From NCBI GenBank assembly GCA_900234795.1, contig LT962688.1, forward strand, positions 1,560,001 through 1,592,000: a stretch of 32,000 nucleotides of DNA, written 5' to 3'. Source of the DNA: Methylorubrum extorquens (GTDB taxonomy: Bacteria; Pseudomonadota; Alphaproteobacteria; Rhizobiales; Beijerinckiaceae). This document shows positions 1-8,524 of the stretch, one piece after another. The position numbers were made by a program, and so were the translations under genes. A model generated the notes under the pieces. That model saw only the letters and a list, made by a program, of their open reading frames with translations, did no database searches and was not told the DNA's origin. The first letter of the stretch is position 1. Each line of letters opens with the position of its first letter.

Positions 1-1161
1 GACATCATCACGCAGATCCTCAACTTCGGCGTGATCGCGCAGATCGACGTGCAGGTCTCGGGCCGCAACACGGTGAAGGATCTGGCGGCCGCCCGGCGCA
101 TCGAGGCGCGGTTGAAGGAGACCCCCGGCCTCGTCGATGTGCACCTGCATCAGATCGTCGATCAGCCGCAATTCTTCGTCGATGTCGACCGGCGGCTCGC
201 CTCCGAACTCGGCCTGACCCAGCAGCAGGTGGCGCAAAGCCTCAACGTCTCGCTCTCGGGCTCCTTTCAGGTGAATCCGAACTTCTGGACTGACCCGAAG
301 ACCGGCATCCCCTACCAGCTCTGGGTCCAGACGCCGGAATACCGCAACGCCTCGCTCACCGCCCTGCAGAACACCCCGCTCTTCGCCCGCGCCAATGCCG
401 GCAGCGGGCCCGGGGCGCTGACGCTGCTGTCGAGCATCGCCACGATCACCCGCCAGCCGACGCAGACGGTGATCAACCACGTCAACACGCAGCCGACCTT
501 CAACGTCTACGCCGCGGTGCAGGACCGCGACCTCGGCGCGGTCGCCCGCGACATCGACCGGATCGTCGCCGAGGAGCAGAAGACCCTGCCGGCTCCCGAC
601 AAAATCTCCGTGCGCGGGCAGATCGAGAACATGCGCGCCGCCTTCTTCCGGCTCGGCATCGGCCTCGGCATCGCGGTCGTCGCCGTCTACCTCCTGATGG
701 CGGTGAACTATCAGAGCTGGGGCGACCCCTTCGTGGTGCTGGCCGCCCTGCCGGTCGCCTTCTGCGGCATCGTCGCGAGCCTGTTCATCACCGGCACCGC
801 CTTCTCGATCCCCTCCTTGTTCGGGGCGATCATGTCGGTGGGCATCGCCTCGGCCAACTCGATCCTGCTCGTCACCTTTGCCAAGGAACACCGGGAGGCG
901 ACGGGCTGTTCGGCCCGTGAGGCGGCCATCGTCGCGGGCGAGACGCGGCTGCGGCCGGTGCTGATGACCGCGAGCGCGATGTTCTTGGGCCTGGTGCCGA
1001 TGGCGCTCGGCACCGGCGAGGGCGGCGAGCAGAACGCGGCCCTGGCGCGGGCCGTGATGGGCGGCATCGCGCTCGGCACGCCCTCGACCCTGCTGTTCGT
1101 GCCGTTCCTCTACAGCCTGCTGCGGCGGGGCGAGGCCAAGCCGCTCGAGGATTATGTCTGA
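1..1161 (+). CDS. RND (AcrB-type) efflux permease, C-terminal part; 5' end lies outside the window
   Basis: Frame 1 is open from base 1 (DIITQILNFGV...). It has a periplasmic-loop-like segment followed by a hydrophobic TM block (GIGLGIAVVAVYLLMAVNYQSWGDPFVVL, MTASAMFLGLVPMALG, MGGIALGTPSTLLFVPFLY) typical of RND C-termini. GC3 is high. Confidence 0.9.
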   Translation, partial: DIITQILNFGVIAQIDVQVSGRNTVKDLAAARRIEARLKETPGLVDVHLHQIVDQPQFFVDVDRRLASELGLTQQQVAQSLNVSLSGSFQVNPNFWTDPKTGIPYQLWVQTPEYRNASLTALQNTPLFARANAGSGPGALTLLSSIATITRQPTQTVINHVNTQPTFNVYAAVQDRDLGAVARDIDRIVAEEQKTLPAPDKISVRGQIENMRAAFFRLGIGLGIAVVAVYLLMAVNYQSWGDPFVVLAALPVAFCGIVASLFITGTAFSIPSLFGAIMSVGIASANSILLVTFAKEHREATGCSAREAAIVAGETRLRPVLMTASAMFLGLVPMALGTGEGGEQNAALARAVMGGIALGTPSTLLFVPFLYSLLRRGEAKPLEDYV

Positions 1162-2470
1162 TGACGCCCGTCCGATCCGACCGGAGGATTCGCCCGTGAC
1201 CGACGGCGAGGACAAGAAAATCCCGCCGCCGCCGGGCAAGGGCGGCTTCGTGTGGGCCGGGCTGATCGCGCTCGGCCTGCTGGCCTATGGCGGCTACGGC
1301 CACTGGCAGCGGGCGGCCCGGGCCGAGTCGACGCGGGCCCGGCAGATGGAGTTCGTGCCGAAAGTGCGCACCGAGGAGGCCAAGCGCCTCGACGGGCCGA
1401 TCGAGCTGACCCTGCCGGGCCAGACCGAGCCCTTCGCCACCGCGCGGATCTATCCCCGCGCCACCGGCTACATCGCCGAGCGCCACGTCGATCTCGGCTC
1501 GCGGGTGAAGAAGGGCGACGTGCTCCTGCGCATCGCCGCCCCGGATCTCGACCAGCAACTCGCGCAAGCCGAGGCGCAGCTCGGGCAGCTCGAGGCCCAG
1601 CTCCTGCGGGCCCGGGCCATGGTCGATCAGGCCAAGGCCAACACGAACCTCGCCCAGGCCACCAACTCGCGCACCTCGACGCTCGCCGGCCAGGGCTGGG
1701 CCTCGAAGCAGAACGCCGACAACACCCAGGCCGGCGTGCTGGCGCAGCAGGCGAACCTCGCCTCGGCGGAGGCCGACGTGAAGGTGGCCCAGGCCAACAT
1801 CAAGGCGCAGCAGGCGACCGTGGGGCGGCTCAAGGCGCTGACCGGCTTCGAGATCGTCACCGCTCCCTTCGACGGGGTCGTGACCACCCGCAACGTCGAT
1901 GTCGGCGATCTCGTCCAGGCCGATGCCGGCTCCGGCTCGCCGCTCCTGTCGATGGACCGGGACGACGTGCTGCGCATCTCGGTCAACGTGCCGCAGAACG
2001 CGGCGGTGGGCGTGCAGCCCGGCATCCCGGCCCAGATCAAGGTGCCGCAGATGCCCGACCGCAGCTTCGCCGGCGTGGTCGAGCGCAGTTCGGTGGCGTT
2101 GCTCGCCTCCTCGCGCACCCTGACGACGCAGGTCGACGTGCAGAACCCCGACCGCACCCTGCGGCCGGGCCTCTACGTCTACGTGACCCTGGCGATCCCC
2201 CGCACCGGCGGCGCCACGGTGGCGGTACCGGCCGAGGCGCTGGTGTTCAACCAGTCCGGCACCCGCGTCGCCGTCGCCAGCGAGGACGACCGCGTGCGTT
2301 GGGTCGAGGTCCACGTCGCCCGCGACAAGGGCACGGTGGTCGAGGTGGACAAGGGGCTCTCGGGCGGCGAGCGCCTCGTGCTGAGCCCCCCGGCCGATCT
2401 CAAGGACGGCGGCCGCATCGCCCCCCAGGCGCCGAAATCGGACAAGCCGATGCAAGCCGCGCAGCGCTGA
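1154..2470 (+). CDS. Efflux-pump periplasmic adaptor (membrane fusion protein, HlyD/EmrA-like) with N-terminal TM anchor
   Basis: TM anchor FVWAGLIALGLLAYGGYG, a long coiled-coil segment (QLAQAEAQLGQLEAQLLRARA...), and lipoyl/beta-barrel motifs (IVTAPFDGVVTTRNVDVGDLV, LRPGLYVYVTL). The start ATG overlaps the permease stop (ATGTCTGA). Confidence 0.9.
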   Translation: MSDDARPIRPEDSPVTDGEDKKIPPPPGKGGFVWAGLIALGLLAYGGYGHWQRAARAESTRARQMEFVPKVRTEEAKRLDGPIELTLPGQTEPFATARIYPRATGYIAERHVDLGSRVKKGDVLLRIAAPDLDQQLAQAEAQLGQLEAQLLRARAMVDQAKANTNLAQATNSRTSTLAGQGWASKQNADNTQAGVLAQQANLASAEADVKVAQANIKAQQATVGRLKALTGFEIVTAPFDGVVTTRNVDVGDLVQADAGSGSPLLSMDRDDVLRISVNVPQNAAVGVQPGIPAQIKVPQMPDRSFAGVVERSSVALLASSRTLTTQVDVQNPDRTLRPGLYVYVTLAIPRTGGATVAVPAEALVFNQSGTRVAVASEDDRVRWVEVHVARDKGTVVEVDKGLSGGERLVLSPPADLKDGGRIAPQAPKSDKPMQAAQR

Positions 2471-2524
2471 GGCTTTCGCGCAGTGCTAAGACTTTCGCGC
2501 AGCGTTGAGGCTTTCGCGGCGCCG
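2468..2524 (+). repeat. 3 x 19-bp imperfect tandem repeat (TGAGGCTTTCGCGCAGTGC / TAAGACTTTCGCGCAGCGT / TGAGGCTTTCGCGGCGCCG)
   Basis: Read directly from the sequence. The first unit starts on the adaptor stop codon, and each unit begins with a stop triplet. Confidence 0.8.
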
Positions 2525-2537
2525 CCCCAACCCGCCA

Positions 2538-2644
2538 CCTCATCCTGAGGCGCGCAGCGAAGCGAAGCCTCGAAGGATCTTCCAGTCATCGCGCGATCCC
2601 TGGAGGATCCTTCGAGGCCGCTTCGCGGCACCTCAGGATGAGGG
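2538..2644. repeat. About 107-bp imperfect palindromic intergenic element (REP/MITE-like)
   Basis: Left arm CCTCATCCTGAGGCGCGCAGCGAAGCGAAGCCTCGAAGGATCTTCC pairs with right arm GGAGGATCCTTCGAGGCCGCTTCGCGGCACCTCAGGATGAGGG. Elements with the CCTCATCCTGAGG...CGAAGGAT core are common dispersed repeats in Rhizobiales genomes (from memory). Confidence 0.75.
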
Positions 2645-2760
2645 AGATTGAAGGGATCGACGGGCTCTAGCCGGCCCGTTGGACCTTTCAGCAGGTTGCG
2701 CGGGCGGCCCCACTCGGCTCACATCCCGCCCGGAAACGCATCCCACGAGAAGGGCCAGCC

Positions 2761-3360
2761 ATGACCGACCTCAAAACGCTTCGCAGCCTGTCCGGCCTGC
2801 CGCCGGAGCCCGCTTCCCTGTCGGGCTCAGGCCTGGTGATGATCGACCTGCAGAACACCTACCGCGAGGGCGTGATGCGCCTGGAGGGCGTCGAGCCGGC
2901 GATCCGCGAGGCGCAGGCGCTGCTGGAACGGGCGCGCAACGCCGGGATCCCGGTCTTCCATGTGCGCCACGATGCCGGGCCGGGCTCGCCCTACGATCTC
3001 ACCGCCGCCATCGGCCAGATCAGCGACGAGGTCGCCCCGCGGGAAGGGGAGCCCGTCATCACCAAGGCCTATCCGAGTTCCTTCGTCGGCACCGACCTGC
3101 AGGCGCAACTGGAGGCCGCCGGCGTCAAGGATGTGATCCTGGCCGGCTTCATGACGCATATGTGCGTGAATTCGACCGCGCGCAGCGCCTTCAACCTCGG
3201 CTTCCGCCCGACCGTGGTGGCATCGGCCACCGCCACCCGCGCCCTGCCGGGTCCGGACGGCGCGACCGTACCGGCGGCGGCGGTGCAGGCCGCAAGCCTC
3301 GCGGCGCTCGGCGACCTGTTCGCGGTGGTGGCGCCGGATGCGGCGGCGATCCGGGGGTAG
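2761..3360 (+). CDS. Isochorismatase-family cysteine hydrolase
   Basis: LVMIDLQNTY (Asp), VITKAYPSSF (Lys) and ILAGFMTHMCVNSTAR (Cys) match the catalytic D-K-C arrangement of the isochorismatase/nicotinamidase fold. GC3 is high. Confidence 0.85.
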   Translation: MTDLKTLRSLSGLPPEPASLSGSGLVMIDLQNTYREGVMRLEGVEPAIREAQALLERARNAGIPVFHVRHDAGPGSPYDLTAAIGQISDEVAPREGEPVITKAYPSSFVGTDLQAQLEAAGVKDVILAGFMTHMCVNSTARSAFNLGFRPTVVASATATRALPGPDGATVPAAAVQAASLAALGDLFAVVAPDAAAIRG

Positions 3361-3365
3361 GGCGA

Positions 3366-3593
3366 TCAGGCCGCGCGGGCGCGGGGCTGCGCGGCCTCAT
3401 CCGTCGGCTGCTGCCCGAACACGCGCTGGTAGAGCGCGGCGGGGCTGTGGCTGCGGCCTTCCGAATCGACGATGCGCACGTCGCTCATACCGGAGGTCGT
3501 CAGCGACAGGCCCTGCTCCAGGGCGCTCAGCAGGGAGCCGTGCTGCCAGGAATAGACGCGCGAAGCGGTGCCGGCGCTGACGGTGAAACTCAC
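3366..3593 (-). CDS. Hypothetical small protein (75 aa, GTG start)
   Basis: Very high GC3 in this frame compared with the overlapping frames. No recognisable domain. Confidence 0.45.
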   Translation of the reverse strand: MSFTVSAGTASRVYSWQHGSLLSALEQGLSLTTSGMSDVRIVDSEGRSHSPAALYQRVFGQQPTDEAAQPRARAA

Positions 3594-3908
3594 GAGGCGA
3601 CATTCCCAATGTTAAGACCGGCTGGCGACACCGCCGCCGGATCTGATGAAAGAAGAGGCAGCCCGGATCGGGGTTCCTAAAACTTGAGCTTTAATAGTGG
3701 CTCTTGGTTGACGAAGTCTTTGCGGAACCTGCCCCTTTCGGTGGCGGAACCGCGGGCGCCCGATGGCGGTATGATGGCAGCGGCGCCATTCGCGCTCTGC
3801 AGGGTGCCCGCCCGGTCCGCCGCATTGCCGGGGCGCGCCGGTCTCCTCAAGACGGGGGCGGGCGGCCTCTCAGGGCCGTTTCCCGACAGCCACAGCGGAG
3901 TGACGGAT

Positions 3909-4943
3909 ATGGAATACCGGCAGTTCGGACGCTCGGGCCTCAAGGTACCGGTGCTCAGCCTCGGCACCGCCACCTTCGGCGGCACCGACGCGTTCTTCCA
4001 GAACTGGGGCAGCACCGGCGTGGCCGAGGCGAGCCGCCTGATCGATCTCTGCCTCGATGCGGGCGTCAACTTCCTCGACACCGCCGACCTCTATTCGAGC
4101 GGCGATTCCGAGAAGATCCTCGGCGAGGCGATCGAGGGCCGCCGCGATCGGCTCCTGATCTCCACCAAGGCGACCTTCCGGGTCGGCGAGGACGTGAACG
4201 CCGTCGGCTCGTCGCGCCACCACCTGATCCGCGCCTGCGAGGCGAGCCTGAAGCGGCTCCAGACCGACCATATCGACGTCTACTTCATGCACGGCTTCGA
4301 CGCTCTGACGCCCGTCGAGGAGACCCTGCGGGCGCTCGACGACCTCACCCGTTCGGGCAAGATCGGCTATATCGGCGCCTCGAACTTCTCCGGCTGGCAA
4401 TTGATGAAGGCGCTGGCGACCTCGGAGAAGGAGGGGCTCGCCCGCTACGTCGTCTATCAGGGCTATTACTCGCTGATCGGCCGCCACTACGAGTGGGAGC
4501 TGATGCCGCTCGGCCTCGACCAGGGCGTCGGCCTGATGGTGTGGAGCCCGCTGGGCTGGGGCCGGCTCACCGGTAAGATCCGGCGGGGGCAGGCGGCCTC
4601 GGGCGGGCGGTTGTCCACGGCGAGCGGCGCGGAGGGCGGTCCCACCGTCTCCGACGACTACCTCTACGATGTGATTGATGCCCTCGACGCGGTCGCCGCC
4701 GAGACCGGCAAGACGGTGCCGCAGGTGGCGCTGAACTGGCTGCTCAGCCGCCCGACCGTGTGCAACATCGTCATCGGCGCTCGCAACGAGGAGCAGTTGA
4801 AGCAGAATCTCGGCGCGGTGGGCTGGTCGCTCACGCCCGACCAGATCGCCCGCCTCGACGCGGCGAGCCGGGAAAATCCGATCTATCCCTACTGGCACCA
4901 GATCGGCTTCGACGAGCGCAACCCGAAGCCGACGGCTTGGTGA
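3909..4943 (+). CDS. Aldo/keto reductase (344 aa)
   Basis: MEYRQFGRSGLKVPVLSLGTATFGG is a canonical AKR N-terminus. Also present: DTADLYSSGDSE, IDVYFMHGFD, IGASNFSGWQL. The ORF-track start at 3684 is an upstream read-through; the in-frame ATG at 3909 fits the family. Confidence 0.9.
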   Translation: MEYRQFGRSGLKVPVLSLGTATFGGTDAFFQNWGSTGVAEASRLIDLCLDAGVNFLDTADLYSSGDSEKILGEAIEGRRDRLLISTKATFRVGEDVNAVGSSRHHLIRACEASLKRLQTDHIDVYFMHGFDALTPVEETLRALDDLTRSGKIGYIGASNFSGWQLMKALATSEKEGLARYVVYQGYYSLIGRHYEWELMPLGLDQGVGLMVWSPLGWGRLTGKIRRGQAASGGRLSTASGAEGGPTVSDDYLYDVIDALDAVAAETGKTVPQVALNWLLSRPTVCNIVIGARNEEQLKQNLGAVGWSLTPDQIARLDAASRENPIYPYWHQIGFDERNPKPTAW

Positions 4944-4965
4944 GGCGGGACGGGTCCGCCAAGAA

Positions 4966-4992
4966 CCCCTCTCCCCGCAGGCGGGGCGAGGG
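4966..4992. terminator. GC-rich hairpin between convergent genes (CCCCTCTCCCCGC-AG-GCGGGGCGAGGG)
   Basis: 12-bp stem with one mismatch, read directly. Located between the AKR stop and the stop of the minus-strand small gene. No clear U-tract. Confidence 0.45.
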
Positions 4993-5029
4993 ATGCGTCC
5001 GCCATCGCCCCGGTGAGCCGTGAACGGCC

Positions 5030-5248
5030 TCACATGCTGATCTCGGGCCCGTGCTTGTCACCGTCATCCGGCACCGGCCCGGCCTCGCCCTGCCAGGGCA
5101 GGCTCTGCCAGGGCGGCTGGCCGGCGCGGGCCTCGTATTCCTCCAGCGGCAGGGTGGTCTCACCGCCCTCCCCGTCCTGGACCCGGACATGGCTCGGGCG
5201 CGGCTGCTTCGGCGGGCAGAGGAACAGGCCCTTGAACGAGGTCGCCAT
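5030..5248 (-). CDS. Hypothetical small acidic Pro/Trp-containing protein (72 aa)
   Basis: High GC3. A GGAGGG Shine-Dalgarno sits 9 nt upstream of the ATG, and the ATG lies 2 nt after the upstream gene's stop. No recognisable domain. Confidence 0.55.
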   Translation of the reverse strand: MATSFKGLFLCPPKQPRPSHVRVQDGEGGETTLPLEEYEARAGQPPWQSLPWQGEAGPVPDDGDKHGPEISM

Positions 5249-5250
5249 CG

Positions 5251-5487
5251 TCAGAGCCCCTCCGGCTTTTCGCCCTTGGGCGTGCGATGGGGGTGTGCGG
5301 GGCGGGCGCGCAGGTAGCCCTTGAAGCGCAGATACTCGGCGACGATCTCGCAGATCGCCCGTTCCCGCGGCAGGCGCTCGACCGCGCAATGCTCGTCCAG
5401 CGCCGCCACGACCTCCGGCGGGAAGGTCAGGATGCCGGCAAGCTTCGGTTCGGGCGCCGGATCGGTCTCGTGTTCGGTCTCGCTCAC
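5251..5487 (-). CDS. Ribbon-helix-helix (CopG/Arc-like) small protein (about 78 aa, GTG start; alternative GTG at 5496)
   Basis: LTFPPEVVAALDEHCAVERLPRERAICEIVAEYL fits a beta-strand/helix/helix RHH pattern. GC3 is high and a GAGAGGG motif lies upstream. Confidence 0.5.
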   Translation of the reverse strand: MSETEHETDPAPEPKLAGILTFPPEVVAALDEHCAVERLPRERAICEIVAEYLRFKGYLRARPAHPHRTPKGEKPEGL

Positions 5488-5501
5488 GGTCTGCACCCTC
5501 T

Positions 5502-5789
5502 CTACACGCCCGATCCGGCCGGCGGCACGCCCTGCTCCGGCGTGGGGATCACACCGAGCCCGTCCGCATCGCCGGGTCGGGTGGCCCCGAGCCGCCGCAG
5601 CAGCGCTTCGTAGGTCTGCACCGCCGGGGAGTCCGATTGTAGCTCGCGGGTGTCGGCCAGGAGCCGGCGCACGTCCTCCACGAACAGGTCGCGCGCCTGC
5701 CCTCCTCCGGGGCTCGCCTCGAACAGGCGGCTGAGCGCCAACTCGAACACGCCCATGAGAAGGCCGAGCCGCTCGGTGTCGTCCGCCAT
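5502..5789 (-). CDS. Hypothetical helical small protein (95 aa)
   Basis: ATG start and high GC3. First gene of the three-gene minus-strand array. No recognisable domain. Confidence 0.5.
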   Translation of the reverse strand: MADDTERLGLLMGVFELALSRLFEASPGGGQARDLFVEDVRRLLADTRELQSDSPAVQTYEALLRRLGATRPGDADGLGVIPTPEQGVPPAGSGV

Positions 5790-6030
5790 CGCTCCCCACC
5801 GGATGTCGTCCCGGCCGCTTGTGCGGTCCGGCCGAAGATTGGAACGCCCGTGAGGCGCCCCGCGGTTCCGCCCCTGACAGCGCCGGGGATAATCCAGCCC
5901 CCGCCACTGCGCCGCATGGGAAGACGCGCTGTGCCGCTCTAGGTTTTGTTCCTGGATGGCTTTCCCGTAAGGCCGGCAGCCCGCTCGCGGGCCGGTGCGC
6001 CCGCGCGGGGGTGCCGGAGCCGTTCGGGGG

Positions 6031-7206
6031 ATGTCGTACGATTCATCGAACCCCGAGCCGCTTGTGTCGCCCCATTCGCTCCTCTCTCTCGCGCGGTCTC
6101 CTGGGGCATCCCGGGCCGGCGCCTGCGAAGAGACGGCGGATGCGCAGGGTGGTTTTCCCGCGCAAGCCATCGCCCGGCTGCGTCGGGCCGGGCATCTCGC
6201 TGCGCCCCTGCCCGAGGCGCTCGGTGGCGCCGGATTGTGTGAGCCCGCCCGCGTCGACGCTCTGCGGGCTTTGCTGACGGAGATCGGCCGCGGCGACCTC
6301 GCGGTCGGGCGTCTCTTTGAGGGGCACGTCAACGCACTGGCCCTGGTGCTGCGCTACGCCGACACCGCCGTCGCCGAGCGGCTCGCCCGCGACGCGGCGG
6401 AGGGCCAGCTCTTCGGCGTCTGGAACACCGAGCCGGCCGAGGGCGGCCTTGTCCTCGACGGTGCGGACGGCCTCGAGGGCGTGAAGACCTACGCCTCGGG
6501 GGCGGGCTTCGTCACCCGCCCGCTCGTGACGGCGCGGATCGCCGACGGCCGCCGGCTGATGCTGGTGTTGCGCCTCGAACCCGGCGAACGGGCCGACCTG
6601 TCGGACTGGCGCGTTCACGGCATGCGCACGACCGCGACCGGTACGGTGGATTTCTCCGGGCTCGGCCTGCGCGACGGCGAGGTGATCGGCGCGCCGGACG
6701 ATTATGGGCGCCAGCCCTTCTTCTTCGCCGGAGCGTGGCGCTTCCTGGCGGTCCAGCTCGGCGGGATCGAGGCGGTGATCGAGACCCATCGGGCGCATCT
6801 TTCCGCCACCGGCCGGGCCGATGACCCGCACCAGCAGGCGCGGTTCGGGCGGGCCATGGTCGCGGCCGAGACGAGCCGTCTGCTCGTTGCCCGCGCCGCC
6901 CGCCTCGCCGCCGCGGAAGCCGACCACCCCGAGCGGGTCATCGCCTACGTCAACCTCGCCCGCGCGGCAGTCGAGCAGGCCGGCCTCGACGTGATCACCC
7001 TGGCGCAGCGTTCGATCGGGCTTGCGGGTTTCCTCGAGAGCCACCCCCTGGAGCGCCTGATGCGCGACCTCGCCACCTATCTGCGCCAGCCGGCCCCGGA
7101 TTTCGCCCTCACCGGCATGGCCGCGCATGCCCTGGCGGCCGACGAGCCGCCCCACGCCCTGTGGCCCGACGAGGTTGCTCCCCGCGCCGCGGAGCGTGTG
7201 GGATGA
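6031..7206 (+). CDS. Acyl-CoA dehydrogenase-family flavoprotein (start uncertain)
   Basis: Middle beta-domain and C-terminal helical-domain signatures: FGVWNTEPAEGG, KTYASGAG, WRVHGMRTTATGTVDFSGL, AGAWRFLAVQLGGIEAV, DPHQQARFGRA. The stop overlaps the next gene's start (ATGA). Confidence 0.8.
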   Translation: MSYDSSNPEPLVSPHSLLSLARSPGASRAGACEETADAQGGFPAQAIARLRRAGHLAAPLPEALGGAGLCEPARVDALRALLTEIGRGDLAVGRLFEGHVNALALVLRYADTAVAERLARDAAEGQLFGVWNTEPAEGGLVLDGADGLEGVKTYASGAGFVTRPLVTARIADGRRLMLVLRLEPGERADLSDWRVHGMRTTATGTVDFSGLGLRDGEVIGAPDDYGRQPFFFAGAWRFLAVQLGGIEAVIETHRAHLSATGRADDPHQQARFGRAMVAAETSRLLVARAARLAAAEADHPERVIAYVNLARAAVEQAGLDVITLAQRSIGLAGFLESHPLERLMRDLATYLRQPAPDFALTGMAAHALAADEPPHALWPDEVAPRAAERVG

Positions 7207-7799
7207 GCGGCCGTCGGACGGAGACGCTGCCGGAGCGCTACTTTTCGGAGATCTACGCCTCCGATCCCGATCCCTGGGGCTTCACTTCTAGCGCCTACGA
7301 GGCGGAGAAATACGCCGCGACGCTCCAGGCCCTGCCGCGGGCACGCTACGACCGGGCCCTGGAGGTCGGCTGCTCCATCGGCGTCTTCACCCGGGCGCTC
7401 GCCCCCCGCTGCGGGGCGCTGACCGCCCTCGACGTCGCGCAGGCTGCCCTCGACGCCGCTCAGGCGCGTTGCGCCGAGTACCCGCAGGTCGGCTTCGTCC
7501 GCGGCGCGGTGCCGGAGGTCTGGCCGGAGGGCCGGTTCGACCTCATCGTCTTCGGCGAGATGCTCTACTTCCTCAGCATGGAGGATCTGGCCCGGCTCGT
7601 CGCACGGGTGGAGGCGAGCCTGGCGCCGGGGGGCGACTGCGTCCTCGTGCACTGGCTCGGCGAGACGGATTATCCCCTCTCCGGCGACGCGGCGGCGGAG
7701 GGCTTCATCACGGGCGCAGCGCCGTTCTGCCGGGTGCTGTCCGGCACGCGCACGGATGCCTACCGCCTCGACGTGATGCGGCGGTCGGACGGGCCATGA
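7203..7799 (+). CDS. NodS-like class I SAM-dependent methyltransferase
   Basis: DPDPWGFTSSAYEAEKY N-terminal signature of the NodS family, SAM motif I LEVGCSIGVFT, then FDLIVFGEMLYFL. ATGA overlaps occur at both ends. Confidence 0.85.
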   Translation: MSGRRTETLPERYFSEIYASDPDPWGFTSSAYEAEKYAATLQALPRARYDRALEVGCSIGVFTRALAPRCGALTALDVAQAALDAAQARCAEYPQVGFVRGAVPEVWPEGRFDLIVFGEMLYFLSMEDLARLVARVEASLAPGGDCVLVHWLGETDYPLSGDAAAEGFITGAAPFCRVLSGTRTDAYRLDVMRRSDGP

Positions 7800-8524
7800 C
7801 CGACGCGATGACGGCCCGTGTGGAAAAGGCCGTCCCGCGCCATCCGCTCTGGGTGCGCCTGACCCATTGGGTGAACACCGGCGCCTTCCTGGCGCTCCTC
7901 GTCAGCGGACTCGCTATCCTGCTCGCGCTGCCCCGGCTGTTCTGGGGCGAGACCGGGGCCAACGACGCTCCGGCCTGGATCGTCCTGCCGCTGCCGGTGA
8001 ACCTCGAACAGACCGGCTGGGGCCGCAATCTCCACTTCCTCGCCGCCTGGATCTTCGTGCTCAACGGCGCGCTCTACGGGCTCGTCGCCCTGGCGAGCGG
8101 GCATTTCTTGCGCCGCCTGACCCCCGAGCGCGACCAGCTCCACCCCCGGCACATCGCGGCCGACATCCGCGCGCATCTCCGGCTCACCGGCTCGGGTGCA
8201 ACTGGCGCACACCGCTATAACGTGCTGCAAAAGCTCGCCTATCTCGCCATCATCCTCGTTCTGGCGCCGGTGATGCTGCTCTCGGGCCTCACCATGTCGC
8301 CCGGCGTCACGGCGGCCTACCCGGAGCTGTTCACCCTGTTCGGCGGCCGGCAATCGGCGCGCACGATCCACTTCCTGTCGGCGGTTCTGTTCGTCGGCTT
8401 CCTCCTCGTCCACGTCTGGCAGGTGCTCGCCAACGGGCCGCTCGACCTGATGCGGGGCATGATCACCGGGCGCTCCGCCCAGCCGAAATCCGGGCCAGCG
8501 CCGTCAGAGGAAGACCCGCGATGA
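7796..8524 (+). CDS. Membrane b-type cytochrome (Ni/Fe-hydrogenase cytochrome b / b561-like family)
   Basis: HPLWVRLTHWVNTGAFLALLVSGL start motif, four hydrophobic helices, and conserved His residues (HW, HF, HR/YN, HFL). Paired with the downstream Moco enzyme. Confidence 0.8.
   Translation: MTDAMTARVEKAVPRHPLWVRLTHWVNTGAFLALLVSGLAILLALPRLFWGETGANDAPAWIVLPLPVNLEQTGWGRNLHFLAAWIFVLNGALYGLVALASGHFLRRLTPERDQLHPRHIAADIRAHLRLTGSGATGAHRYNVLQKLAYLAIILVLAPVMLLSGLTMSPGVTAAYPELFTLFGGRQSARTIHFLSAVLFVGFLLVHVWQVLANGPLDLMRGMITGRSAQPKSGPAPSEEDPR

Noticed and set aside
872-2455. Long antisense or off-frame ORFs throughout the window. Examples: 872-2455 (-), 3870-5033 (-), 6043-7155 (-), 11034-12320 (+), 11572-13347 (-), 12336-13742 (+), 13429-14589 (+), 14604-15941 (+), 19282-20289 (-), 22492-23715 (-), 23866-25023 (+), 26977-28863 (+).
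   Set aside because: They are shadows of recognisable genes in very GC-rich DNA. Their translations are Arg/Gly/Pro/Ala-rich nonsense with no motifs, whereas the overlapping frame has family signatures and high GC3.
3835-3905. B12-box-like string on the minus strand (TTGAGGAGACCGGCG, preceded by CCGCTGTGGCTGTCGGGAAACGGC) in the AKR leader.
   Set aside because: In that orientation the 5' half of a cobalamin riboswitch would have to lie inside the conserved AKR coding N-terminus, and no plausible regulated gene follows. It is probably chance similarity in GC-rich sequence and is only worth a covariance-model scan.
3684-3908. N-terminal extension of the aldo/keto reductase ORF, and similar upstream extensions of the prx (16425), pdo (16799), tauE (18039), cytochrome b (7469) and methyltransferase (7161) ORFs.
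   Set aside because: The family-typical N-termini begin at internal ATGs, often with an ATGA overlap or a Shine-Dalgarno. The extensions are stop-free only because of GC richness.
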